A stretch of 64,000 nucleotides of DNA from Octopus vulgaris (taxonomy: Eukaryota). The stretch covers positions 221,216,001-221,280,000 of the forward strand of contig OX597814.1 of assembly GCA_951406725.2 (NCBI GenBank), read 5' to 3'. Under the pieces are notes generated by a model, which was not told the origin of the DNA, did not search any database, and saw only the letters and a program-made list of their open reading frames with translations. The position numbers and the translations under genes are program-made. Shown piece by piece: positions 41,283 through 54,044 of this stretch (the stretch's first letter is position 1; every line of letters starts with the position of its first letter).

Positions 41283-42070
41283 CCTCCCTCTCATGCACAA
41301 TCACATTCATACATATAAATATATGCATGCACGTATGTATGTGTGTATGTATGCATGTATGTATGTATGTCTGTATGTATGTATGTATGTATGAATGTAT
41401 GTATGTGTGTATGTATGTATGTATGTGTGTATGTATGTGTGTATGTATGTATGTATGTATGTATGTATGTATGTATGTATGTATGTATGCATTTATGTAT
41501 GTATGTATGCATGTATGTATATACGTACGTACGTATGTATGTATATACATATACACATATACACACGCGCACACACATACGTATAAACACACACAAAACA
41601 CATTCGCACACATTAGCGCTCGCATGTATATCTGAGTCCATGCATATATACATACATACATTCATATACACACACACACACAAACACACACATATATACG
41701 TGTGTGTGTGTGTGTTAGTGTGTGTGTTAGTGTGTGTTTATGTACATACACACGCACACGCACATATAAACTTGTTAATTATCGTCAATTTGATGGATAA
41801 TGTAGACAAAGTTTACATATGCACAGGTCTTAGCGTGGGTGTACATGTGCGCGTATAACATGCGTTTGAGTATGTACATACACATCCATTGATTTGTATA
41901 TTTATATGTACAATATTCATGTATATACATGTACGTTTGTGCGTATACACACACATATATATATATATATATACATGTATTTATACATCCACACACACAT
42001 GTATAGATATAGATATATATATTTCTACACACATACTCATCCACCCACCCACCCACCCACCACGCACGCA
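41245..42070. repeat. (TTTC)n, (TATG)n, (CA)n, (CCCA)n microsatellite field
   Basis: Direct inspection. Confidence 0.9.
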
Positions 42071-42233
42071 CACACATATCTGTGTTAGTATGTATTGGCT
42101 GTATACTCATTCTCCCACGTGGTCTTTAGTAATTGTGAGTTTGCAAAGAATACCAAAAGAATGACGGCGAGTTGACAACAAATGGTGTTAAAATGACTGA
42201 ATATCGCACTATCACAGGCACATCTCTACAAAT

Positions 42234-42923
<690 letters not shown>

Positions 42924-43366
42924 TTGTCTTCCCTGCTGCTGCTGCTGATAATCCTACTTGATGTTTCTGTAGTTGTTATTGTTCCAGATTTTTTTTTTTC
43001 CTTTTATTTTTCCATTCGAAAGTAATTTCTGAGCAATTCATATTTTTTTTCTTTTTGGTTTCTTTTTGTTTGTTTTTGTTTTTTTTCTTCTTCTTGTGGT
43101 TCCTTTAAGTTTTGTATGCTCAGGAGGAAGGAAGAAATAGAAGACGAAATAGCATCACCTGTTTTGCGACATCAAAGCTATTCATTGTAACACATATGAC
43201 TTGGAATGTTCAGTGCAGTACAAAATAAAATAAAAAAAAGAACGAAACAAAAAGACCAAAGACAAGAAAAAAAAATACCCCTTAATCAATGCTTTACGGC
43301 AAATAGTCTTCCGCATTTCTTCTTCCCTCAATCCTTCTTTCTTTCTGTCCGTCTGTCATACATACG

Positions 43367-43438
<72 letters not shown>

Positions 43439-43452
43439 CATATATATGAATG

Positions 43453-43486
<34 letters not shown>

Positions 43487-44205
43487 TATATATATGAATG
43501 TATATATGTATATGTATATATTTATATGTGTGTGTTTGTATGTATGTTTCCATGTTTCTCTCTCCTACTCTTTATTTCTTACTCTCTTTGTTTCTTGCTT
43601 GCTTTCTTTCTTTCCTTTTATTCTTCGTTATTCAGTCAGTGATCATCTCTCTCAAGAACAGCGATGAAACAAAAGAAAGCAAAGGGGGAGGAGGAGAAGG
43701 AAAAAATAATAATAATAATAAATCGCATTCAGCCAAACAGGCAAACAAGCAAAGAAACCTACAAAGTGTAAGAAAAACAACAAAAAAAACCCAACAAAAT
43801 AAATAAAAAAAAACATGCACAGAGACATAAGAATTTTAAAATAATGTGGTCGCAAAAAAAAAAAACAACTACAATAAAAAAAAATGACTATAACAAAAGA
43901 CAAAACAAAATAATAAGAAAAAATCGTATTGATAGTAGTAATAAGATCTATTATTAGTAATAACAAAACATGGCTCGCGAGGGATTTTAACAAAACGACT
44001 GTCACGTCATTATATTTCAGCAACTGCAGAAACACTTTTAAAGAATGTTATTTCTTCAGAGTATCAATTCTAAATATTTGGAAAAAAAATATTTCCTTCC
44101 TCCTCATATTCCTTGTCGTCAACGCTGTCATCATTATAATTGTCATTGTTGTCATCATTGTCATCAACATAGTCAAAGAAATCATCATCATCATCCTCAT
44201 CATCA

Positions 44206-44279
<74 letters not shown>

Positions 44280-44329
44280 ATTATTATTATTATTATTATT
44301 ATTAATATTATTATTATTATTATTATTAA

Positions 44330-45285
44330 GGCGGCGTGCTGGCAGAAACGTTAGCACGCTGGTCGTTTTACTTTGCGGTATTTCGTCTGCCGTTATTACG
44401 TTCTGAGTTCAAATTCCGCCGAGGTCGACTTTGCCTTTCATCCTCTCGAGGTTTTTAAATTAAGTACCAGTTACGCACTGGAGTCGATATAAATCGACTT
44501 AATCCGTTTGTCTGTCCTTGTTTGTTCCCCCTGTGTTTAGCCCCTTGGGGGTAGTAAAGAAATAGGTATTTCGTCTGTCGTTACGTTCTGAGTTCAAATT
44601 CCGCCGAGGTCGGCTTTGCCTTTCTTCCTTTCGGGGTCGATTAAATAAGTACCAGTTACGCACTGGGGTCGATATAAATCGACTTAATCCGTTTGTCTGT
44701 CCTTGTTTGTCCTCCCTGTATTTAGCCCCTTGGGGTAGTAAAGAAATAGGTATTTCGTCTGCCGCTACGTTCTGAGTTCAAATTCCGCCGAGGTCGGCTT
44801 TGCCTTCCTTCCTTTCGGGGTCGATTAAAGAAGTACCAGTTACGCACTGGGGTCGATATAAATCGACTTAATCCGTTTGTCTGTCCTTGTTTGTCCTCCC
44901 TGTATTTAGCCCCTTGGGGTAGTAAAGAAATAGGTATTTTGTCTGCCGCTACGTTCTGAGTTCAAATTCCGCCGAAGTCGGCTTTGCCTTCCTTCCTTTC
45001 GGGGTCGATTAAAGAAGTACCAGTTACGCACTGGGGTCGATATAAATCGACTTAATCCGTATCTCTGTCCTTGTTTGTCCCCCCTGTGTTTAGCCCCTTG
45101 TGGGTAGTAAAGAAATAGGTATTTCGTCTGTCGTTACGTTCTGAATTCAAATTCCGCCGAAGTCGGCTTTGCCTTTCATCCTTTCGGGGTCGATAAATTA
45201 AGTACCAGTGAAACACTGGAGTCGATGCAATCGACCATTCTCCTCCCCCAAATGTCAGGCATTGTGCTTATAGTAGAGAGTATTA
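44330..45285 (+). mobile_element. SINE family B head-to-tail pentamer
   Basis: One head (44330-44376), then units starting at 44377, 44565, 44749, 44933 and 45118, each joined by AGAAATA|GGTATTT. The last unit has a different tail. Confidence 0.9.
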
Positions 45286-45303
45286 TTAGTGTTATCATCA
45301 TGA

Positions 45304-45518
45304 AAGCGGCAAGCTAGTAGAATTGTTAGCACGCTGAGGAAAATGCTTAGTGACATTCCGTCCGTCTTTACGTTCTGAGTTCAAATTTCCCCCAGATCGA
45401 CTTTACCTTTCATCATTTCGTGGTCGATAAATTAAGTACCAGCTGAACACTAGGGTCGATGTAATCGACACATATCCTCCCCCAAAATTGCTGCCCTTGT
45501 GGCAAAATTGGAAACCAC

Positions 45519-45588
<70 letters not shown>

Positions 45589-45790
45589 ATTATTATTATT
45601 ATTCAGAAAAGTTAGCACGCCGGGCAAAATGCTTAACGTTCTAAGTTCAAATTCTGGTGAGGTTGACTTTGCCTTTCATCCTTTCGGGGTCGATAAATTT
45701 AATACCAGTTGCGTACTGGAGTCGATCTAATTGACTGCTCCCTCTCCGCCGCAAAAAAATATTTCGGGCCTTGTGCTTAGAGTAAAAAAG
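45304..45790 (+). mobile_element. Two further family-B-related SINEs separated by (ATT)n
   Basis: Copies at about 45304-45518 and 45605-45790, each followed by an (ATT)n tract. Confidence 0.8.
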
Positions 45791-45811
45791 ATTATTATTA
45801 TTATTATTATT

Positions 45812-48480
45812 TTATGTTTGACTTTTGCTTTACATTTGTACAAGTTGGCTCCAAGTCTCACCCAGAGGCCTCAAGAGACAACAAGTTAGAAGGTCATGTT
45901 GTTGTGATGCCTATGGTGCCATATATTTTGGTTTTGAACGTAGTGTTGTTCTACAGAATATTTAAGAAACCATAAGAAAATTATGTTTGTTTTAAAACTC
46001 GAGATTACATAGAAAGTATTTCGAGTAGGATATAGGCAGTTCCCATCAGCACCATCTTTTGAATTTCTGCTAAATTGGGGGTTCCTGGTATCTGAGCTAG
46101 GTAACAATATGCCCCTTTTGCTATCATTCCCAGAGCACCTATGACAACAGGTATTGTTTTAGTCTTCAGGTTCCACATTTTGCTGAATTTCTATTTCAAG
46201 ATCTTTATATTTGCTCCGTTTTTAGTAGGTCTTGACAGATACGTTTATATCGATTGGGACAGTCATATCAATGAGGAGGCATGATTTTTGTCTGAAGTCT
46301 TTCTATATGATGTCTGGCCTTTTTACCTCCATCTTTCTGTCAGTTTGAATGGTGAAGTGACAGAGGAGTGAGATGTGATCATTTTGAAGCACTGGAGGTG
46401 GTTTGTGTTCCCACCAATTTTTATTATGAGGCAAGTCCATGTTTTTGCAAATTACCCAGTGAACATATTGTGTTGCTCTATCATGCCTGTTGAGATACTC
46501 TTTAGGCACAAGAAGACTGCACTTGGAGACAACATGATCAATAGTTGTTGTTGACATACACGACATGTTGGAAAGCTACCGTTCTTTAATATGTTAGCCT
46601 GGTAGTTCCTTGTAGGTAGGCGTTGATATTGGGATGCTATGATAAACTATTCTGTTTCAGATTTTAAGCTAGGGCCCATAAGCCATTGATGGGTAAGGGC
46701 TTTGTCAACACGGGCATTATTCGCTCTCTTTGGGTATTTGCCATTGAGAAGTTTTTCTTGCCATTTATAAGTCAGAATATTTAAGGCAGCAGTTTTAGCA
46801 CGGGTTTTCATACGCTTAGCTTTTTCTGCCCTTGTTTCTCGTATGTCTAATTCCGGAATTGTTTTGTTTATCCTTTCCTGAGGACTTTCATTTGCTTGGC
46901 CTCCAGAGAGCAGAACTTATATCTTCTACCTTGATACCCTCCCACTTTTGCTCTCTAAGGAGTCTAAATCTGTACATATTCTATCAATCCAAGGGGCCTT
47001 GAACATGTCCTTGAAGAATCTAACGCGCTTGTCATACTTTGCTATGCGGGCAGCTTTAGCACATACCTTTTGCTTAACGCTTTCTATGGTGGCATCAATG
47101 TCATGTATGGTTTTCATATTATATATTTTCTTTAATTTTCGGGCTTTGTAGGTTTGGTAGTCTTGTCAAACATAAGATTTTTCAAACATCCTATGTCAGA
47201 CCTAAGTAGCTTAATTTGGTGTTGAATACGCTCTTGCCAAGAAGGCTTTTTGTGGGAATGTTGCCGTTTTCTAATCTTTTCACCACATAGAATCGTTGAG
47301 ATTTTCGCGGATGGATAGTACAGGTGGTTGAGATCTGTGATATCAACTTCATTAGTTGAAATTATATCCATAAGTGCAAGGCGGATTTTACCAATTATTT
47401 TCAGGTTTTGGTTAGAATTGAGAATTTTTGGGAGGGTATCGCGTTCATCCATGCTGGTTTCTTTAATTTTCAGCCATTCAATCATGATTTGAATTTTTAG
47501 ATCATGTAGGTCAATATTTCTGTAACTTTCTTCATCTATATGATTTTCATCTTCCTTAGTATGGTTGGTTCAGAGAGTATTTCACTTTGCCTATCAATTA
47601 CATTAACTCTTTCAATCATTACTGCGTTTTTATCAGCCCTGGTCTGGTCTATAATTATCCCCTCTGTAGTATCTTCTTTAGCTGCAGCTTCGTTCTTTTT
47701 ATCCTTTACTGCTTGTTTAATTCAGTTTAATTTAACTCTACTTCAGTCAGTAATTTTTTTCATAATGTTTCTTCTGACGTTGGCAAGTTTGTTACTGTCT
47801 ATGTAGGGTCTTACTTCAGGGTGTTTCTGTCTCCAGTTTAAGTAGGTTTGTACAGTGTTTGATTTATCTGTGGGGAAATATATGGCAAGGTTGAAGGCCG
47901 TAAGAACTTCTTTATTATCTTCCCTAGACCATTTTTCATTCTTTTTCTTTTGGTTATTTGACGAGAAGCATGGATGGCCATCTGTTGGAATATTCCGGTT
48001 ATGGGGTACTTCCAGCTCCTTTGTGTTCAGAAGATTTGAACCAATAGCTGATTTTTCCAACCGAATCTGGCTCAACATTCGAGTACGTGGTCTTTTGTAA
48101 TCCGGTCGATGACCATTCCGGTTTGTATTTTCTTTGTTAACAGTGAGGCATGACGAGCTTCGACGTTGACATTAGGGGACGGATCTGTCTGTTTAGGGTT
48201 AATTTTTTGAGACAACACCGTCTCCATGTTCTCTACATGTAAACATTGCTCGTAATGTAGCTTCTTAAGGCTAAAAGATTTATTTTGAACGTCTGGCCCT
48301 TTGTAATCCAGTCGACAACTAACCTGGTTTGTATTTTGCAGGGGCGGATTTGTCTGTTTAGGGTCAATCTTTTGAGACAACACTGCCACAGAATTCTCTG
48401 CATTTAAACATTGCTCGTAACGTAGCTTCTTAAGGCTAGCAGATCTGTATTCGTCTGTATTTTTTTTTGTTGATAGATTT
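45812..48480 (-). mobile_element. R4/Dong-like RLE non-LTR retrotransposon, RT core deleted
   Basis: N-terminal KWSREDNKEVL, LANVRRNI, KPSWQERI, KQKVCAKAARI. C-terminal TIDHVVSKC..L....YLNRHD, IQTDRKMEVKRPDII, LLIDMTVP, MWNLKTKTIPVVIGALG. The 3' end abuts (TAA)n. Confidence 0.85.
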
Positions 48481-48481
48481 A

Positions 48482-49270
48482 GTGGCTTCGAAGGAGACAT
48501 ATGCGAAGTGTTGTATTACTCTTGAATACTGTCCTGATGTCATACGGGCCGCATATCTTTTGCATCTTTTCGGAGAAGCCTTTCACATAGGGTAGACAGA
48601 CTGTGGACAGTTTATCGGTTTCATCCTCTCTTTTCTTCATAACTGGAGTGGAGAGTATGCTTTGGGGGTAGTTGTTACTTAATAGATTGTTGCTGAGCTT
48701 GATCACTTCTTCATGGTGGGTACCACGATCGCTACTTATATTCTTTGCAGGATGTTTTAGGCACTGAGCAATCCCTCTCTTTATACTGTATGGATGGTGG
48801 GAACTGCAGTTGAGGTATCGTCCAGTGAAGGTCGGCTTGCGGTATACGGAAATCCTGAATCCATACACGGTGCGTGCTATTAATACGTCTAGGAATGCTA
48901 GCTGATTGTCATTTTTCTTTTTCCATTGTGAACTATATGGATGGCTTTATTGAGTTCACATGATCTAACAGCACTTGGATATCTTCCTGGTGGGGCTGGA
49001 GTATAAAGCTGTCATCAACATATCGCAGCCATAGGGTTGGTTTTAGTGGTGTTGATCCTAAAGCCAAATTTTAAAAGTATTCCATGTATATATTGGCTAT
49101 TATCGGTGATAATGGCGAACCCACAGCTTAGCTCTCCTCGTATATCAGTGTCTATACTGAAGTAGGTATTTTCTACACAAAAGGTCAACATTTCCATCAG
49201 GTTTGTTATTGGTATACTAGTGGGTTCTTCTAGATGGGTGTCTGTTACTAGTTTTTCTTGAATCGCCGGT
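48482..49270 (-). mobile_element. Penelope-like element RT fragment
   Basis: LTFCVENTYF, GSPLSPIIANIYMEY, WLRYVDDS (plus-strand 49010-49031), VYRKPTFTGRYLN..SHHP...KRG, LPYVKGFSE. Confidence 0.9.
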
Positions 49271-49284
49271 GATTCCTTAATTCT

Positions 49285-49630
49285 TCAATTACCCAAGTTT
49301 CTTTCATTGGCCTCAATTGCGAATGTTATGCATTTGTCGGTGTTCAGACATCTGTCTATATGTTTTCGGAAGGAGGAGGGTCTCGTGTTCAGATGTTCTT
49401 TGATGCGAATGTGTAACGGTCTTGTACTACGCACATAGAACTTGTTGCATTTGTTACATTTTATTCTATACAGGACATTTACCCGTTGGCATAAGTCTGT
49501 GTCACGGATGGGAAGTTTCCTTAGTGTGCTTGCTAACCTTGCCCGTTTCCTTGCGAGGTGTCTTCTCAGAGAGGGGCCGGAGTGGGTTAGTTGTATGTCT
49601 AGTCCTTCCCTACTTATGGCCGCCCTCACG
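49285..49630 (-). mobile_element. Penelope-like GIY-YIG endonuclease fragment
   Basis: NVLYRIKCNKCNKFYVRSTRPLHIRIKEH matches the PLE pattern VVY.I.C..C...YIG.T.R.L..R..EH. Confidence 0.85.
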
Positions 49631-49997
49631 CACTTCTCACGAAGAATTCCGGAAGGAGCTTCGTGAGACCAGTGCAGAGACGCTTCCGGAGAAAGGAAAA
49701 AAGGGAAAGAAAAAGAAAAAAGACAAAAAGCCGTTGGAAAATCGATTGTTGCAGTGACTCGATCAATCCCTAGGAATATCTGGAGAAGGAATTTTATATT
49801 CCGAAATATTATATCAGACTGTGGATGATTAAATTACACCAGTTATTATAGTCCATTGTTGTTATTATAGTGCATAGTTGTGCCATTCAAAACACATTAT
49901 TACTATCTATTATTATTGTTTACAAACTATACACAATGCTTCAAGCGAACTACAATACTTTCCTACATCCATCCATCCATCCATCCATCCATCCATC

Positions 49998-50037
<40 letters not shown>

Positions 50038-51006
50038 CATATATATATATGTGTATATATGTATGTATATATATACGTATGTATATATATATGAGGCGTG
50101 GGCGTATGTATATGCATATATGTATTCCATATGTTTTTAAATTCGTCTGTTTATGTGTAGAAGTGACGTGTATATTTATGACATGTCTCACCAGAATCAT
50201 GGGAATCACAACAGAAATGCATTAAAAAATATCTAAATGAATTCGCTAAAAAAAATAATATATAGTCAACATAAATGTAGTCTGCAATAAAGTAGTAGAT
50301 TTTTCTTCTTTTCCTCTTTGTTCCGTACAACTTCGATGCCATAACTATGCCCTACGATGCCAATGAATGCTGTTAATCAAATATTTCATTTCTCTATGCA
50401 GACGTAGTATAAATTCTAAAGGTTTGTGTGACAGCTATTCTATCCTGAAATCTCCGCTTCTGATTGGTGCATATGTCACAAATACGTGACACACGTAAAC
50501 AATATATCAAAGACATAATACTATAAAACATAGAATCAAAGGCTGGATACCCATTCCGAAATAGGGAGGAAAATATAATCAACAGTTGTTATTTTCGATC
50601 TCAACAGATTAACTATAAATAAGGCCTTTTCATCATTGTTCAAGATACGGAATGGGAAAGAAAAATTGCATGGAATGAATATAGTTGTTTCATGTTTGTG
50701 AGAAAGTTTGTATGGAAGAAACAATAAACTTACACAATCCATAAGGAAATCAAAGAAGATTACGAATTAGTTATAGCTTATAAAAAGATTGTCTAGAACA
50801 TGGCGAAAGAAAAAATTCCCTAAGTTTGTTATTTTTGGTTTCTTTTTCTAGAAGAATATGACGTTAAAAAAAGAATTATGTCAAGATCGGCAGTGTTCAG
50901 GTTTTCTTTCTCCGTTCAAATAATGCCAGAAATATATTTTTAATATAAGTCGTTTGCAAAAGTATAGGATTAAGCAAGAGTTAGTGGAACAGTAAATGAA
51001 ATGTGA

Positions 51007-51378
51007 GGAGGCGCAATGGCCCAGTGGTTAGGGCAGCGGACTCGCGGTCATAGGATTCCCAGACCGGGCGTTGTGAGTGTTTATTGAGCGAAAACACCTA
51101 AAAGCCCCACGAGGCTCCGGCAGGGGATGGTGGTGATCCCTGCTGTACTCTTTCACCACAACGTTCTCTCACTCTTACTTCCTGTTTCTGTTGTACCTGT
51201 ATTTCAAGGGGCCGGCCTTGTCACTCTCTGTGTCACGCTGAATATCCCCGAGAACTGCGTTAAGGGTGCACGTGTCTGTGGAGTGCTCAGCCACTTACAC
51301 GTTAATTTCATGAGCAGGCTGTTCCGTTGATTCGGATCAACCGGAACCCTCATCGTCGTAACCGACGGAGTGCTTCCA
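51007..51378 (+). mobile_element. SINE family C, full length with TSD
   Basis: tRNA-like head. Direct repeat aaatgaaatgt at 50994-51004 and 51381-51391. Confidence 0.9.
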
Positions 51379-51710
51379 TAAAATGAAATGTAATGCGATA
51401 TGTAGTTGCGTATCTTTGAGTTCAAAATCCGCCGGAGTCCAAATCCCACCTTTCAGTCTTCTGAAATCGATAAAATTAGTACGAGTGAGTAACTAGGGTC
51501 GATATTGTTGAATTTATCTGAAGTCATTAAATATAAAAACAAAAAAGTGTGATTCCTGCTAGAAATCGATATCATTCGTTTACAATTATAATCTCAAGAT
51601 ATGCGCATTTTCCAACTTTCGATTCGCTAATTGCGGTACAAAATATTTAGTTACGTTAAAATATGAGTGGGTTACAAACCTGGCCTTTGTCAATCTTGCA
51701 ACCGACTCAC

Positions 51711-51875
51711 ACTTAGAATAATAACGATATAGGAAACAAATCTTCCATTGACCGCGTCCACCACTCTGTTAGTTATAATGACCAGTACGACTGGCAAGCT
51801 GTAGGCGAAGAATTTGACGAAGTCATTAGAGAGTCGCATACAATGCTTTGATGTATTAGTTCCGGTTCTCTGCAT
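51711..51875 (-). CDS. Possible first coding exon of an unidentified host gene (speculative)
   Basis: Non-repetitive ATG-initiated frame MQRTGT...FFAYSLPVVLVIIT...VSYIVIILS, followed by a GTGAGT donor-like site (plus-strand actcac 51705-51710). No recognisable homology. Confidence 0.2.
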
Positions 51876-52295
51876 ATTTTAGCTTTCATCCATAATGTTT
51901 CAGTCAGCACTGGGATCCATTTTGTCTCTCATTCTCTGTTTATCTATCTCTTCCTTTGTCTACTCTTTCCCTTTCTTTGTTTCTTCTCTTTCTCTTCTAC
52001 CTTTGAAATCGTCTTGGAAGACAGTTCATAGCGTTCGTTCTTCTTTCCTTCCCTTATGCACTGGACATTAATTCGTACTTGGTGAGTTCTTCCAGTACAA
52101 ATCTGCTTTTTTTCTCTGAAATTTTCTTCACCCTTCAGACAAAATTTCTGTTTCTCAGGAAGAAGGAACGCAAACAATTTGGTTAGATCTTTTTATGGAG
52201 TGAATGAGAATGAGTTAATTTCATGGTGGACTCATCAAAAATTGCCGCTTTCTAGTTTAGAAATAGTCTCTATCTGCATCTCTCAAATGTATACA

Positions 52296-52370
<75 letters not shown>

Positions 52371-52587
52371 CTTGTCTGTCTGTCTGCCTGTTTGTACGTA
52401 GTCTTTTGTACATGTATATTTCTATATATACCTACATATACATATGAAATCATGCACACACACACACACAACACACTAACAGATATAAATGCAAGCGTGG
52501 TTGTGTGGTATATGTATATATATATACATACATACATACCTATATATATAAATATATATATACATATATAAATATATATATATATGC

Positions 52588-52626
<39 letters not shown>

Positions 52627-52631
<5 letters not shown>

Positions 52632-52848
52632 CTTTATTGCCCACAAGGGGCTAAACATAGAGGGGACAAACAAGGACAGACAAAGGGATTAAGTCGATTA
52701 CATCGACCCCAGTGCGTAACTGGTACTTTATTTATCGACCCCGAAAGGATGAAAGGCAAAGTCGACCTCGGCGGAATTTGAACTCAGAACGTAACGACAG
52801 ACGAAATACTGCCAAGCATTGCGCCCGGCGCGCTAACGTATCTGCCAG
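52627..52848 (-). mobile_element. SINE family B monomer in a (TA)n array
   Basis: Near-consensus copy flanked by (TA)n on both sides. Confidence 0.9.
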
Positions 52849-52946
<98 letters not shown>

Positions 52947-53032
52947 ATAATAATATTAGGGAGTAAATCCAAACTTACAGGGAAAAGTTAGATTTAGGAT
53001 TAAATCACATTTCACCATATAAAATATAAATT

Positions 53033-53330
53033 ATATTAGAGATAAAACCACTATTAGGCAAATCAAACAGTGAAAAACATAAACCAAAACATAAAAATAA
53101 ATATGATTAATATAATATACAAAATATATATAATATAAAATATAAAATTTTAATTTAACTTATTTAAATTTAAATATAAATTAAAAAATTTAAATTTAAA
53201 TGATTTAAATTTTAATTCTATATTTTATATTATATATATTTTGTATATTATATTAATTATATTTATTTTTATGTTTTGGTTTATATTTTTCACTGTTTGA
53301 TTTGCCTAATAGTGTTTTTATCTCTAATAT
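53033..53330. repeat. About 300-bp AT-rich near-perfect palindrome (foldback)
   Basis: atattagagataaaaccactattaggcaaatcaaacagtgaaaaa... is mirrored by ...tttttcactgtttgatttgcctaatagtgtttttatctctaatat. Confidence 0.9.
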
Positions 53331-53980
53331 TATTTATATATATATATATACATATATATATCGTATAAATTTATACATATATATATATTGTACATACTTA
53401 TATACACTGTATATATGTATGTACACACACAATAACACATCCTCCCTACACATATATGTAACTATACATGTGTGCGCTGTGTGTGCCTGTGTGTATGTGT
53501 GTATGCGTATAGGATAGGTTACCACACGGGTTCCGTCTTCCAAATTCCAAAACACATGCCAATGGTCAACCGTTTTCTTTTTAGTAGTTAAGTACTTACT
53601 AACCCCTCTATGCCTGAAGACACACACTCATCACAAACGCAAAAACACACACACAAACACACACACACATACAAACACACACACACACAAACACACACAC
53701 ATCTGAGGATTGAAAGGTTTCAGTTGCTGTCCTGCTGCCGTGCCTTGGCGAGTCGTATTATTAAGGTATTTACTTGGTCATATCGTCCCGAAAACTTATT
53801 TCAATTTGCTGTTTGCGTCATCGATCTACGTTAGTCAATTTTTGAGTTATGTTCTTATCCTCCTTAACACATTATTAAGTTTCATACCGTAAAACACGCA
53901 CATGCTTGCGTATATGCATGCATATGAATATGTATGTTTGTATGCGTGCAGGCATATATAACATTGTTTCAGCTGTTTTC

Positions 53981-54044
<64 letters not shown>

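Noticed and set aside
44377-45117. CRISPR array, tRNA gene cluster or hammerhead retrozyme
   Set aside because: Units are identical SINE bodies with no spacers and no complete cloverleaf, and I found no CTGAnGA/GAAA hammerhead core on either strand.
51007-51072. tRNA gene (also at 26737, 32254 and 59116)
   Set aside because: tRNA-like heads continue into shared SINE bodies and one has a TSD; they are SINE heads, not functional tRNAs.
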